Shown here: piece after piece, positions 30,087 through 40,045 of the stretch | How the letters are laid out: the number at the start of each line of letters is the position of its first letter | How positions within the stretch are numbered: position 1 is the stretch's first letter | Assembly: GCA_963842525.1 (NCBI GenBank) | Contig: CAWJGT010000001.1 | Location: 32,001-96,000 of the forward strand | DNA from: an uncultured Holophagales bacterium | GTDB taxonomy: Bacteria > Acidobacteriota > Thermoanaerobaculia > Multivoradales > UBA5704 | Direction: 5' to 3' | DNA: 64,000 bases | Notes under the pieces: model-generated | The model's database searches: none | Seen by the model: the letters and a program-made list of their open reading frames with translations, nothing else | Told to the model about the DNA's origin: nothing | Translations under genes and position numbers: made by a program

Positions 30087-32279
30087 ATGCTCTTGCGTTT
30101 CTTGTCCCGCCGCGCCGCCGCGGCCTTCGTCGCCGTCCTGCTCCTGGCCCTGCCAGGCAACCTGACCGCGGCCGCGAAGCGGCCCATCACAGAGAAGGAC
30201 CTTTTCCAATTCGTCTGGATCGCCGACCCCCAGATCTCTCCGGATGGCAAACAGGTCGCCTTCGTACGGGTGACCGTCAATGCCAAGAAGGACGGCTACG
30301 ACACCGCGCTCTGGATGGTGTCCGCCGACGGCAGCACGCCGGCCCGGCCGTTCACCAACGGGCTGCGCGATGGCGCGCCGCGCTGGTCGCCGGACGGGAG
30401 GTGGATCGCCTTCGTCCGCCCCCCTGAGAAGGACGGCAAGGTCCAGGACCCGCAGATCCACCTGATCTCCGCCGCCGGAGGCGAGGCGTTCGCGATCACC
30501 GACATCCCGCAGGGGGCCGGTGCAGCGGTCTGGTCCCCGGACGGCAAGACGATCGCCTTCGAGGCTGCCGCCAACGAGAAGGACCTGGAGAAGAAGAGGA
30601 AGGAAAAGGACCGGCAGGGAAAGACCGGAGACGCCGCCGAGGAGGAGGAGCGCGCGAGCGACGTCCGCGTGATCACCCAGGCGATCTACCGTTTCAACGG
30701 CGCCGGGTATACCGACTTCACCCGGCATGCCCATCTCTGGACGGTGGACGTGCCCGCCCCTGGCGCCAAGCTCCCCGAGGCGCGACAGCTCACCCGGGGT
30801 GATTTCGACGAGTTCGGCCCCGTCTTCTCTCCCGACGGCTCGCGCCTGTACTACGCGACCGACCGCGTGAAGGAATCGTATTACGTCCTGCCGGACAACG
30901 ACCTCTGGGCCGTGCCGGCCCGCGGCGGCGAGCCCCGGCAGGCGGTCAGCATCAACGGCCCCATCGGCGATTTCGTCTTCTCTCCCGACGGCCGCCGCAT
31001 CGCCTTCACCGGTTTCCTCAACGCGGAGCCCGAGCGCTCCCACAACCAGTTGGACCTTTTCGTGGTCGACGCCCAGCCCGGATCGCAACCTGGGGATCAA
31101 CCGCGGAACCTGACGGCGGACTACGACTTCGACGTTGCCGAGGGGCTGGTGAGCGATCAGCACGCCCCCCGCGGCGGCCGGCCGCAGCCGGTCATCTGGA
31201 GCGCGGACGGCCGGTCCCTGATCGTTGCCACAGGCGAGCGGGGCCGGGTCAACCTGCAGCGTTTCGACGTGGCCACCGGCAAGGCCACGCCGGTCACCAC
31301 TGGGGACCAGGAAGTCGCGTCCTACACCGCGACTCCGGACGGCTCGCTGGTTGCGATGGTCGTTTCGACTCCCACCGTGATCGGCGACCTGTACGTGCTC
31401 GACACTGCCACGGGGAAGGTGAAATCGCTCGTGCAGCCGAACGAGGAGCTGTTCTCGCAGCTCGACCTGACCGCGCCCGAGGAGATCACCTACCCGAGCT
31501 TCGACGGCATGCAGATCCAGGGCTGGATCCAGAAGCCGCCGGGCTTCGATCCGCGGAAGAAGTACCCCTTCCTCCTCCAGATCCACGGCGGACCGCACGC
31601 CGCCCACGGCTACGCCTTCTTCCACGAAGTCCAGTGGATGGCGGCCAAGGGCTACGTCGTGCTCTATCCGAACCCTCGCGGGAGCTCGTCCTACGCGCAG
31701 GACTTCGGCAACGTCATCCAGTTCGAGTTCCCGGGCGACGACGCCAAGGACCTTCTGGCCGGCGTCGATGACATGGTCAAGCGGGGGTACGTCGATCCGA
31801 AGCGGCTCGGGGTGACCGGCGGCAGCGGCGGCGGCATCCTGACCAACTGGATCGTCACCCAGACCGACCGTTTCGCCGCCGCGGTCTCCCAGCGTTCGGT
31901 CTCCAACTGGGTCGACTTCTGGTACACGGCGGACTTCAGCCAGTTCACCAAGTTCTGGTTCCGCGGCGCGCCCTGGGAGAAGCCGGAGGACTTCGCCCGG
32001 CTGTCGTCCATTACCCACGTCGCCAACGTGAAGACCCCCCTGATGCTGATCGAGGGGGAGGACGACCTCCGCACCCCGGCCTCGGCCGGCGGCGAGCAGA
32101 TGTTCCGGGCCCTCAAGTACCTGAAGAGGCCGACCGTCATGGTGCGCTTCCCCGGAGAGACCCACGAGCTCTCCCGCTCCGGCCAGCCCTGGCACCGGAT
32201 CGAGCGGCTGCAGCACATCCTGAGCTGGTTCGACAAGTACCTGCTGGGGAAGAAGATCGACCTCTACGACGCGCCGTGA
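30087..32279 (+). CDS. S9-family (prolyl oligopeptidase/acylaminoacyl) peptidase
   Basis: Signal peptide, WSPDG propeller repeats, IHGGPH, GGSGGG nucleophile, D...H triad. Confidence 0.95.
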   Translation: MLLRFLSRRAAAAFVAVLLLALPGNLTAAAKRPITEKDLFQFVWIADPQISPDGKQVAFVRVTVNAKKDGYDTALWMVSADGSTPARPFTNGLRDGAPRWSPDGRWIAFVRPPEKDGKVQDPQIHLISAAGGEAFAITDIPQGAGAAVWSPDGKTIAFEAAANEKDLEKKRKEKDRQGKTGDAAEEEERASDVRVITQAIYRFNGAGYTDFTRHAHLWTVDVPAPGAKLPEARQLTRGDFDEFGPVFSPDGSRLYYATDRVKESYYVLPDNDLWAVPARGGEPRQAVSINGPIGDFVFSPDGRRIAFTGFLNAEPERSHNQLDLFVVDAQPGSQPGDQPRNLTADYDFDVAEGLVSDQHAPRGGRPQPVIWSADGRSLIVATGERGRVNLQRFDVATGKATPVTTGDQEVASYTATPDGSLVAMVVSTPTVIGDLYVLDTATGKVKSLVQPNEELFSQLDLTAPEEITYPSFDGMQIQGWIQKPPGFDPRKKYPFLLQIHGGPHAAHGYAFFHEVQWMAAKGYVVLYPNPRGSSSYAQDFGNVIQFEFPGDDAKDLLAGVDDMVKRGYVDPKRLGVTGGSGGGILTNWIVTQTDRFAAAVSQRSVSNWVDFWYTADFSQFTKFWFRGAPWEKPEDFARLSSITHVANVKTPLMLIEGEDDLRTPASAGGEQMFRALKYLKRPTVMVRFPGETHELSRSGQPWHRIERLQHILSWFDKYLLGKKIDLYDAP

Positions 32280-32869
32280 CGCGGCACCTGCTGCAAGATC
32301 TCTTCGAGGCAGGCGGTGAGCCTTCGGAACGAGGCACACCGCCTGATCGCGAGGTCGAGGTCCATCTGGGCAGCGAAGGCCGGTGCATCGTCGCGCTCGA
32401 GGTACTTTCGTCTCCCGACCATGTTGCTCGTCAGCCGTTGCTTCGCACCACGGATGCTTTCCGGATGTTCCGGTGCCCTGGCGTCTTCTCGAATGCCACG
32501 AACGCCGCGAAGAGAGTCCTTGCTCCCCAGGAACCAGGCCTCGAATTCCCGGGTGGCTGCCACGACGGCGGCCGGCAGAGGCGTGGTCGCCCGGCATCTT
32601 TCCAAGAGCGTCGTCTCGAGCCTCGCCGGGTCATCATCGTCCGCATCGAGGACCACCAGGACGGCGACAGTCCCCCTCCGGGATCTGACTCCCTGGATCA
32701 AGGCTCTCTCCAATTCGCCCGTGCAGAGTATCCGGTGTCGTCCCACCCGGAAGGGCGGGGCGACAGCAATGTCTGATCGATCAACGCGAGCCAGTAGACG
32801 ACGCAACAGAACCGGGATCGCCGGGATCTCGGAATGGCCTTCGACGATCGGGAGGATCGCTCTGTTCAT
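32264..32869 (-). CDS. DUF4276-family (TOPRIM-like) protein
   Basis: IVEGHSE, VVLDADDD, REFEAWFL, PE..RGAK motifs; ATGA-coupled to the ATPase. Confidence 0.8.
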   Translation of the reverse strand: MNRAILPIVEGHSEIPAIPVLLRRLLARVDRSDIAVAPPFRVGRHRILCTGELERALIQGVRSRRGTVAVLVVLDADDDDPARLETTLLERCRATTPLPAAVVAATREFEAWFLGSKDSLRGVRGIREDARAPEHPESIRGAKQRLTSNMVGRRKYLERDDAPAFAAQMDLDLAIRRCASFRRLTACLEEILQQVPRHGAS

Positions 32870-34065
32870 GGAGTACTTTGCGTTTGGATCTCGCCGAAGA
32901 GATCGACGCTCCCCGAGGAATCCTCCGCCGCCTGGACATCCTGGCTCAGCTCATCGATCCTCAGCAGCTCGCCGGGGGTATAGAGGTGTTCCCGGATCGC
33001 TCGCCGGCTCGCATCCGACAACGGGGCGATCTTCGTACGGCCATGCTCGATTGTGACGACACGGATCTGGTCGTCCCTCAGATCTTTGGAGTCGAGGATG
33101 TCGGGGCTGTGAGTCGTGACCAGAACCTGGCGGTCCTGAGCAGCATCCAGGAGGATTTGGACCAGCAACTCGGCAGCGGCCGGATGCACAGTCGCCTCCG
33201 GCTCTTCGATGGCTATCAGCGATGCCTGCCGAGGCTGGTAGACAGCGAGCAGAAGCCCGAGCATGCGCAACGTGCCGTCCGACATTTCCCAACCTGAAAA
33301 CTCCCCGGGATGTTCATGTCCGATGTCGTGATGAAACTCGATCGCGGCCTTTTGGCCGATGACGCGGGTATAAACCTTCCGGACACCCTCAGTAACATAG
33401 GAAAGGATGCGGCCAATGCGCTCCTGCTGCTCGGGTCGCGTTTCTTGGAGGAGCTTCAGGATCGCAGCCGCATTGCTCCCGGTCCGCTCGAGGAATTCTT
33501 CGGTTTCCAAGCTCTGCATCGAGCCGATTGTTTCGGGATCGATGGCATAGAAGCGCATCGAAGTGAGAAAGTCATAAACGGGCCGAAACTCCTCCACGGC
33601 CGCGGCAGCGAAGAGAGCCAACCGGTCCGGAGAGATCTGGGGGCGAATCCCAGGGATTTCCTGGAGGAAGCGGCCTTCGGCGACCTCAAAGCCGGTTGCG
33701 TCCTCATTCCCGGAGAGAATCCTGCAGCGCTCGCGCGCGACCTGGAAGCCGTTGGAGGCTCCCCTGGCGATCTCAAGGGTGTAGTCCGCGAAAGCGGATT
33801 CCGCCAATTCGATCAGGACACGGAATCCGAATCGGGCCGAGGATCCCGACGCCCACTGAGAGATCACTCTGGCTCCGCCGCGGTTGGCGAGCGCGTGATG
33901 TGGCGAGCTGTCCAGGCTCTCCTGCACGAACGCCAGTGCATCCACAAAGTTGCTCTTTCCGCTCCCGTTCGCTCCCACCAGCACCGTGAAAGGCTCCAGA
34001 TCGACCACCGCCTGGCCGATGCTCTTGTAGTTTCGGATCTGGACTTGCCGGATTCTCGGGATCAT
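32866..34065 (-). CDS. AAA_15/AAA_21 ABC-type ATPase
   Basis: NYKSI, GANGSGKSN Walker A, MSDGT signature, IEEPE Walker B, TTHSP. Confidence 0.92.
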   Translation of the reverse strand: MIPRIRQVQIRNYKSIGQAVVDLEPFTVLVGANGSGKSNFVDALAFVQESLDSSPHHALANRGGARVISQWASGSSARFGFRVLIELAESAFADYTLEIARGASNGFQVARERCRILSGNEDATGFEVAEGRFLQEIPGIRPQISPDRLALFAAAAVEEFRPVYDFLTSMRFYAIDPETIGSMQSLETEEFLERTGSNAAAILKLLQETRPEQQERIGRILSYVTEGVRKVYTRVIGQKAAIEFHHDIGHEHPGEFSGWEMSDGTLRMLGLLLAVYQPRQASLIAIEEPEATVHPAAAELLVQILLDAAQDRQVLVTTHSPDILDSKDLRDDQIRVVTIEHGRTKIAPLSDASRRAIREHLYTPGELLRIDELSQDVQAAEDSSGSVDLFGEIQTQSTP

Positions 34066-34175
34066 GGCCGTACCCGCTTCACGATATCAGACCTTCCAGA
34101 CTGTTGCTCCTGCCGCGGAACGTGTAAAATGCTTCCGCAGCATATCAAGCGCGGCAGGAGCCCTGGAGGCCCTCG

Positions 34176-35781
34176 ATGAACCGAACTTTCCGACGTACCC
34201 TTGTCCTTTGCTTCGCCGTCCCGGATTTTCGCCGCGACCGCGGAAGGGCTCTTCCAGAGCGAGGACAGCGGCGCGAGCTGGGACCTGAATCCCGGCGTCC
34301 CGGCCGGGCAGGCCGGCGTTGCCGCCGTGGCGTTTGACCCGGCGTCGCCCGGCACGATCTACGCCCTCCATTCCGGAGGTGTCCTGAAGAGTGTGGATGG
34401 AGGCGCAACGTGGACGCTGAAGAACAGCGGCCTGCCGGCGGAATTCGATCGCCTCTGGAAGCTTGCCGTCGACCCGCGGACACCCGGCACGCTCTACATC
34501 GCCCGGCACTCTCTGCCCGAGGAGGAGGCGACCGTCTTCCGGAGCACGGATGGCGCCGCGACCTGGTCCCCGACGGCCGAAGGGCTACATGGACATCAGC
34601 TCTTCGAGCTGGCAGTGCATCCCGCGACCTCGATCCTCTATGCGGCGACGATGGACGGTGTGTTCCAGAGCAGCAACGGCGGCCAAACCTGGACCGCTCC
34701 GGCTGCGGGAACACCGGTCCGCCCGGCGCGGGCGCTTGCCGTGCCTTCCGGACCGGCGGAGGTGGTCTACGCCGGGGTCGAAGTGGAAGGCGTCTTCAAG
34801 AGCACCGACCGCGGCGTCTCCTGGCGCACCGTGAACCGGGGGCTCCACGGCCTGGAGATGGATTCTCTTCTGATCGCTCGCACCAACCCATCGATCCTCT
34901 ATGCGGGCGTCTCAGGATGGGGGAGTCTGCGAAGCCAGAATGGAGGAGCGACGTGGACGCGGGTGGGCGCTGCGTCGATGAACGGAGCCCAGGTCGATCC
35001 CTGGGTGATCGCCATCGATCCGAGCGATGCGCGCACCGTGTACGCGATCTCCGCCGGCAATGTCATCTGGAAGAGCACGAATGGCGGCGTGAGCTGGCGT
35101 TCCATCGCCGAGGAGGACATGGCCTGCCTGCGTCTGGGGAGCTTCGTGATCGATCCGATGGAGCCCGACAACCTCTTCGTGGGCGGCTACGAGAGCCAGT
35201 GTCCGGAACGGCGCGATGTGTGTCTCGGCTTCCACAGCGCCGACGCGGGAGAGAGCTGGTCGTGCCTGAAGAAGGCGCCCGAGAGCGGCCTGCTCGCGCT
35301 CGCCATCGATCCCGTCCGGCCGTCGACGCTCTATTCTATCGGCCTCTACGGCGACGTCGTGAAGACCACGAACCGGGGAAAGAGCTGGACGACCTTGGGC
35401 AGTAAGCTGCCCACCCGGGGCGGCGGCAGCTCCCTGGCCGCCACGTCGTCCGCGCTCTACGTGTCCCTGCCGGACGGCATCCACAAGAGCCGCGACGGTG
35501 CCGCCACCTGGACCCCGGCCCGCACGGGGCTCGGTCATCTCACCTTTGGCCTCGCCGCGACGCCGGCCAATCCGTCCATCCTCTATGCCGTCTCGATGAC
35601 CTTCGATCCGTCCGGGACCACCGAGTATGGTGTCTACCGCACGACGGACGCCGCCGGCTCCTGGCACCGGCTGACGAAGGAAGGCCTGCCGCCGGGACCG
35701 CTCGGCGCGGCCATAGCCCATCCGCGGTTACCACGGCAGGTCTTCGTCCTGACGCCGGCCGGCATCTATCAACTGAAATGA
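34176..35781 (+). CDS. BNR/Asp-box (VPS10/Ycf48-like) beta-propeller protein; N-terminus broken near 34222
   Basis: Many S-x-D/N-G-G-x-T/S-W repeats; out-of-frame signal start MNRTFRRTLVLCFAV at 34176. Confidence 0.8.
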
Positions 35782-35843
35782 ATGTGCGCGCGGGAGCACT
35801 TCCTGTAGAGTCAAATAAAACAGCTTTGCAGGAGGTGTTCCTG

Positions 35844-36493
35844 ATGTCCCAGCGGTTCCGTGTTGTCGTGCGAAGCGCTCTTGCCGTCCTGATCCTTGCC
35901 GCCGGGCTTGTCGCCCCTCTCCAGGCTGCCACCGATCCGACCTATGCCGCGCTCCGTGCCGCGAAGCCGGACGGGCGGAAGATCCCGGTCCAGGGCCTGG
36001 TGCTGGAGCGCGACGCCTTCCGGTTCCAGCTCGACTCCGGAGCGCTCCACCAGCCCGTGCAGGTCGCCGGCTTCAACTACGGCAAGTTCGAGAAGCTCGA
36101 GCGCAAGGACGACGTCAGCGGCCTTCAGGTGGAGGTCTTCACCGGCACGGACAGCCCCTACCTGGGGCCCCAGGCGGGAAAGGTGACCGCGTCCCGGCTG
36201 GCGGACAGCGCCGCCGTGGACGGGCTCAACTCCGCCCGCGTCTTCACCGCCTACTTCGGCGCGCTCCCGCAGACCCATGTGGCGATCACCCAGCAGGCGC
36301 AGTGGTCGTTCGGCCAGTCGTGGCCGTCGCTGATCTTCCTGCCCTATGTGGCCTTCCTCGACGGGACCCAGCGCAATGCCCTGGGGCTCACCGGCGCGGC
36401 CGACTTCATCAACCAGGTGGGGTTCCACGAGTTCGCCCACGTGGCCGACGTGCCCTGGTCAATGCCATGGGGGAAGTCCTGGCACGTGACTGA
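35844..36493 (+). pseudogene. internally deleted paralogue of the adjacent M1 aminopeptidase
   Basis: Signal/N-terminus (to DSGALH) joined directly to QPVQVAGFNYG...HEFAH, then VAD, then the frameshifted terminus RALVNAMGEVLARD*. Confidence 0.85.
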
Positions 36494-36543
36494 CCGCTTC
36501 CTGGTGTAGAGTAGAATTCGTTGTTCCTCAGGAGGTACTGAAG

Positions 36544-39048
36544 ATGTCCACCACCCGCCTGTCTCCGTGGCGTACGCTCGCGGCCCTGGCCCTCGCCGCT
36601 GCGCTCGCCACCCCTCTGCACGCCGCAAAAGATCCAACCTACACCGCGCTCCGCGCCGCCAAGCCGGACGGCCGGAAGATCCCTGTCCAAGGTTTGGAGC
36701 TCGAGCGCGACGCCTTCCGGTTCAAGTTCGACTCCGGGGCGTTCCACCTGCTGGCCCCGGTCGACGGGCGCACCGTCGGTGCGGTCTTCGTCGGCCAGGG
36801 GAGCTATCGGTTGAGCCCGGCGACCCCCAACGAACGGCGGCAGCTCGCCCTGTCGTCGGGTGGCGGCCAGGACTTCGAGACGCTCACGGACAACTTCGAG
36901 GATCTGCTGCTGCTGTTTGCCGACGACACGGCGGAGGAGATCCAGCTCCACGCTCCTGTCCAGACCGGAGCGCCCGATCCGAAGGCGCTCCAAGTCCAGG
37001 AGGCCTGGCTCAAGAGGCAGCGGAAGGACTTCAAGATCAACTTCCACGTGCGCATCCTCCAGGACCTCCTGAACAGCCCGGGCCTGCGGAGCGGCGTCTT
37101 CCTGGCCCTGGTCAACGGCAAGAAACACCCGCCCGCCCTGGCCGCCGTCGATCCCAACGGCGCCGGCGCCTTCGGGCCCCTGCTCGGCGGGGAGGACACC
37201 CTCTTCCTGGTCGCCGACCCGAACAAGGGAGGCCTGTGGTATCTCAGCGACCGCCAGGCTGAAGTGGACCGCAAACGGGCTCTGCCCGAAAAGCGGCTCG
37301 CCGATGCCCTCGACTATCGGGTCGAGACCAGCATCGAGAAGGACACCGACGTCGCCGGGACCACCACGGCCCGCTTCAAGGCCCTGGTGCCGAACCTGCG
37401 GGTCCTGCCCTTCTACCTGCTGCCGGAGCTTCGCATCGGGGAAGCGTCGTACGCGGTCGAAGCCGCGGGGTCCGAGCCCGCCTGGAAGCCCGCCGCCTTC
37501 ATCCAGGAAGACAAGGAAGAGGACGCTGGCGCAGCCCTTATCTTCCCGGAGCCCCTCGCCAAGGACTCCACCATTCTGCTCCGGCTCTCCTACAAGGGAG
37601 ACGAGGTGCTGGAGGACGCCGGCGACAAGAACTACTTCGTCCTCGCCCGGGCGGCCTGGTACCCCGACCTCGGGATCTTCAGCGATCTCGCCACCTTCGA
37701 GCTGATCTACCGCGTCCCCGCCGACAACGAGGTCATCTCGGTCGGCCGCAAGGTCGAGGAGCGGAGCGAGGGCAAACAGGTCGTCTCGGTCTGGAAGACC
37801 GATCATCCTGTCCAGATCGCGGGCTTCAACTACGGCAAGTTCAAGAAGCTGGAGAAGCAGGATGAGACGAGCGGCATCCTGGTCGAGGTGTATACCAACC
37901 CGGGTACGCCGGACGGCATCCGGGAGATCAATGACCTGATGAGCCGGTTTGGCACCGGCGATGAATACATCGAAGGGGCGGAGGAGTTCTCCGGCGCGGC
38001 GCCCGGGGCGAACCTCGGCACGATCAACACCTCCAAGCTCGCCGAAGCGACGCTCGCCGACGCCCTCAACTCCGCCCGCCTGTTCACCACCTATTTCGGC
38101 CCCCTGCCGCAGAAGCACGTGGCCATCACCCAGCAATCGCAGGCTTTTTTCGGCCAGTCCTGGCCGTCGCTCATCTACATGCCCTACATCTCCTTCCTCG
38201 ACGGCACCCAGCGCCAGCGGCTCGGCCTCACGCAGGCCAGGAACTTCGTCGAGGAGGTGGGCTTCCACGAATTCGCCCACCAGTGGTGGGGGCATCTCAT
38301 CGGCTGGAGCTCCTACCGCGATCAGTGGCTCTCGGAAGGCTTCGCCGAGTTCTCGTCGAGCCTTGCCGTGCAGCACACGAAAGGTTGGGGTGCCTACTTC
38401 AAGTTCTGGCGTGACCGCCGCAAGGAGATCCTCGACAAATACCCCGGCAACGCCATCCCCCACTATCAGGCGGGACCGATCACGCAGGGCTCGCGTCTGG
38501 TCACACCGCGCACCCCGTCGGCCTACCAGACCCTGATCTACGCCAAGGGCGGCTATGTCCTGCACATGCTGCGCATGCTGATGTACGATCCCGCCTCGAA
38601 AGACCCCGATGCCAGCTTCATCGCGATGATGAAAGACTTCACCTCCACCTATGGCAACAAGCATCCGTCGACCGCCGACTTCCAGAAGGTGGTCGAGCGC
38701 CACATGGTGCCGGCCATGAACGCCACCGGCGACGGCAAGATCGACTGGTTCTTCAACCAGTGGGTCTACGGTACCGAGATGCCGCGCTACGTGGCCGATC
38801 TCAAAGTCGAGAAGGCGTCGGGTGATGAGTACCGCATCTCGGGCAACATCAAGCAGGAGGGGGTCTCCAAGGACTTCCGCGCCCTCGTCCCCATCTACGT
38901 CGAGTTCAACAAGAACGAGGACGCCCGGATCGGCATGATTCCCATGGTGGGAGAGACCTCCGTGCCGGTCGATGTCAAGCTGAAGCTCCCCAAAAAGCCG
39001 AAGCGGGCACTGGTCAACGCCCACGGAGAAGTGCTGGCCCGCGACTGA
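36544..39048 (+). CDS. M1-family metalloaminopeptidase
   Basis: Signal peptide, HEFAHQWWG...WLSEGFAEF, YAKG. Confidence 0.92.
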   Translation: MSTTRLSPWRTLAALALAAALATPLHAAKDPTYTALRAAKPDGRKIPVQGLELERDAFRFKFDSGAFHLLAPVDGRTVGAVFVGQGSYRLSPATPNERRQLALSSGGGQDFETLTDNFEDLLLLFADDTAEEIQLHAPVQTGAPDPKALQVQEAWLKRQRKDFKINFHVRILQDLLNSPGLRSGVFLALVNGKKHPPALAAVDPNGAGAFGPLLGGEDTLFLVADPNKGGLWYLSDRQAEVDRKRALPEKRLADALDYRVETSIEKDTDVAGTTTARFKALVPNLRVLPFYLLPELRIGEASYAVEAAGSEPAWKPAAFIQEDKEEDAGAALIFPEPLAKDSTILLRLSYKGDEVLEDAGDKNYFVLARAAWYPDLGIFSDLATFELIYRVPADNEVISVGRKVEERSEGKQVVSVWKTDHPVQIAGFNYGKFKKLEKQDETSGILVEVYTNPGTPDGIREINDLMSRFGTGDEYIEGAEEFSGAAPGANLGTINTSKLAEATLADALNSARLFTTYFGPLPQKHVAITQQSQAFFGQSWPSLIYMPYISFLDGTQRQRLGLTQARNFVEEVGFHEFAHQWWGHLIGWSSYRDQWLSEGFAEFSSSLAVQHTKGWGAYFKFWRDRRKEILDKYPGNAIPHYQAGPITQGSRLVTPRTPSAYQTLIYAKGGYVLHMLRMLMYDPASKDPDASFIAMMKDFTSTYGNKHPSTADFQKVVERHMVPAMNATGDGKIDWFFNQWVYGTEMPRYVADLKVEKASGDEYRISGNIKQEGVSKDFRALVPIYVEFNKNEDARIGMIPMVGETSVPVDVKLKLPKKPKRALVNAHGEVLARD

Positions 39049-39300
39049 CCGGCCGGCACCCGGTTGACCCACGCACGGAGATTGCAGATCTCCGGGAGCA
39101 TGGCGAAGAGCACGATCGAACGACCGACCACTTCCCGAAGGTGCGTTGGATCGCAAACCTGCTGGCGGCGCGCCGCGAGCGAGAGCGGACGTAGTAGGAT
39201 CATGCCGTGCTCAACGGAATACTCGGCTCAATCGTATAGATTGGTAACGATGTAGCGTGCCCGGAAGCTCCGGGCCGCCATTCCCGTGGAGGACACATCC

Positions 39301-39552
39301 ATGATCGATCGGGTCCAGAAGGTCTTGAAGAGCCGTTTCTTCGCTGTCGCCCTCGCTCTGGCGCTCACCGGCTTGGCGCTAGCGGTCCCGTCGACCACGA
39401 ACGCCTGCCCACCGCACGAGATCGAGACGACCTACTACACCGATGCTTCGAAGACCGTCGAGTGTGGCTGGAAGATCATCACCTGCGGTTGCGGTGTCTA
39501 CCAGGAAGGTTGTGTGACGAGCTACTACACCCGCTTCACCTCCGCTTGCTGA
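39301..39552 (+). CDS. small secreted Cys-rich protein (DUF6289-like)
   Basis: GGAGG RBS, signal peptide, YYTDAS..T..CG....CGC....G..T.Y....C; six Cys in the mature part. Confidence 0.75.
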   Translation: MIDRVQKVLKSRFFAVALALALTGLALAVPSTTNACPPHEIETTYYTDASKTVECGWKIITCGCGVYQEGCVTSYYTRFTSAC

Positions 39553-39654
39553 TCCTCCCTTTGCAGCGTTCTGGCGGGAGCGGCCGTGGAGCCTCGGGCC
39601 CCCGGCCTCCCGCCTCGCTGCTGGGAAGCTTTTGAGGCCTCGGCTTCAGCCTTC

Positions 39655-39775
39655 TCCTGCCTGCCTCCTGGGCCAGTGCAAGGACTTCGGCCTCTCCTCG
39701 GTCGAGGTGATTCAGGAGCGACAGTGCAATGACCGGGGTCGTGTTGACGACAACCGTCTGCGGCTCCTCAGGCAT
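39655..39775 (-). pseudogene. DUF3368 PIN-domain toxin remnant
   Basis: VVVNTTPVIALSLLNHL joined directly to DRGEAEVLALAQE; the intervening region and C-terminus are missing. Confidence 0.7.
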
Positions 39776-40022
39776 TTGCCAAATCCTCGGCAAGCTCCTC
39801 GGGATCAACACCTATAGGAGACAGACCGAACCGGTTCAGGGCGAACATGAACTCCACTCGGCCGATCCCTGCAATTTCCGCCGCCCTTCCGGTGGAGACC
39901 CGACCGAGCTCGTAGAGCTTGACAGCGAGGAGCAGACGCGCCTCTGCCTCGAATTCCTCCGGGCTTTCTTTCAGGGACAGGAGGAGGTCATCGGTATACG
40001 GGATGGTCAGTGTTCGTGTCAT
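39768..40022 (-). CDS. UPF0175-family antitoxin-like protein
   Basis: LLLAVKLYELGRVSTGRAAEIAG..R.EF. Confidence 0.88.
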   Translation of the reverse strand: MTRTLTIPYTDDLLLSLKESPEEFEAEARLLLAVKLYELGRVSTGRAAEIAGIGRVEFMFALNRFGLSPIGVDPEELAEDLANA

Positions 40023-40045
40023 AGGGGACTCCGATCCAGGGACGC

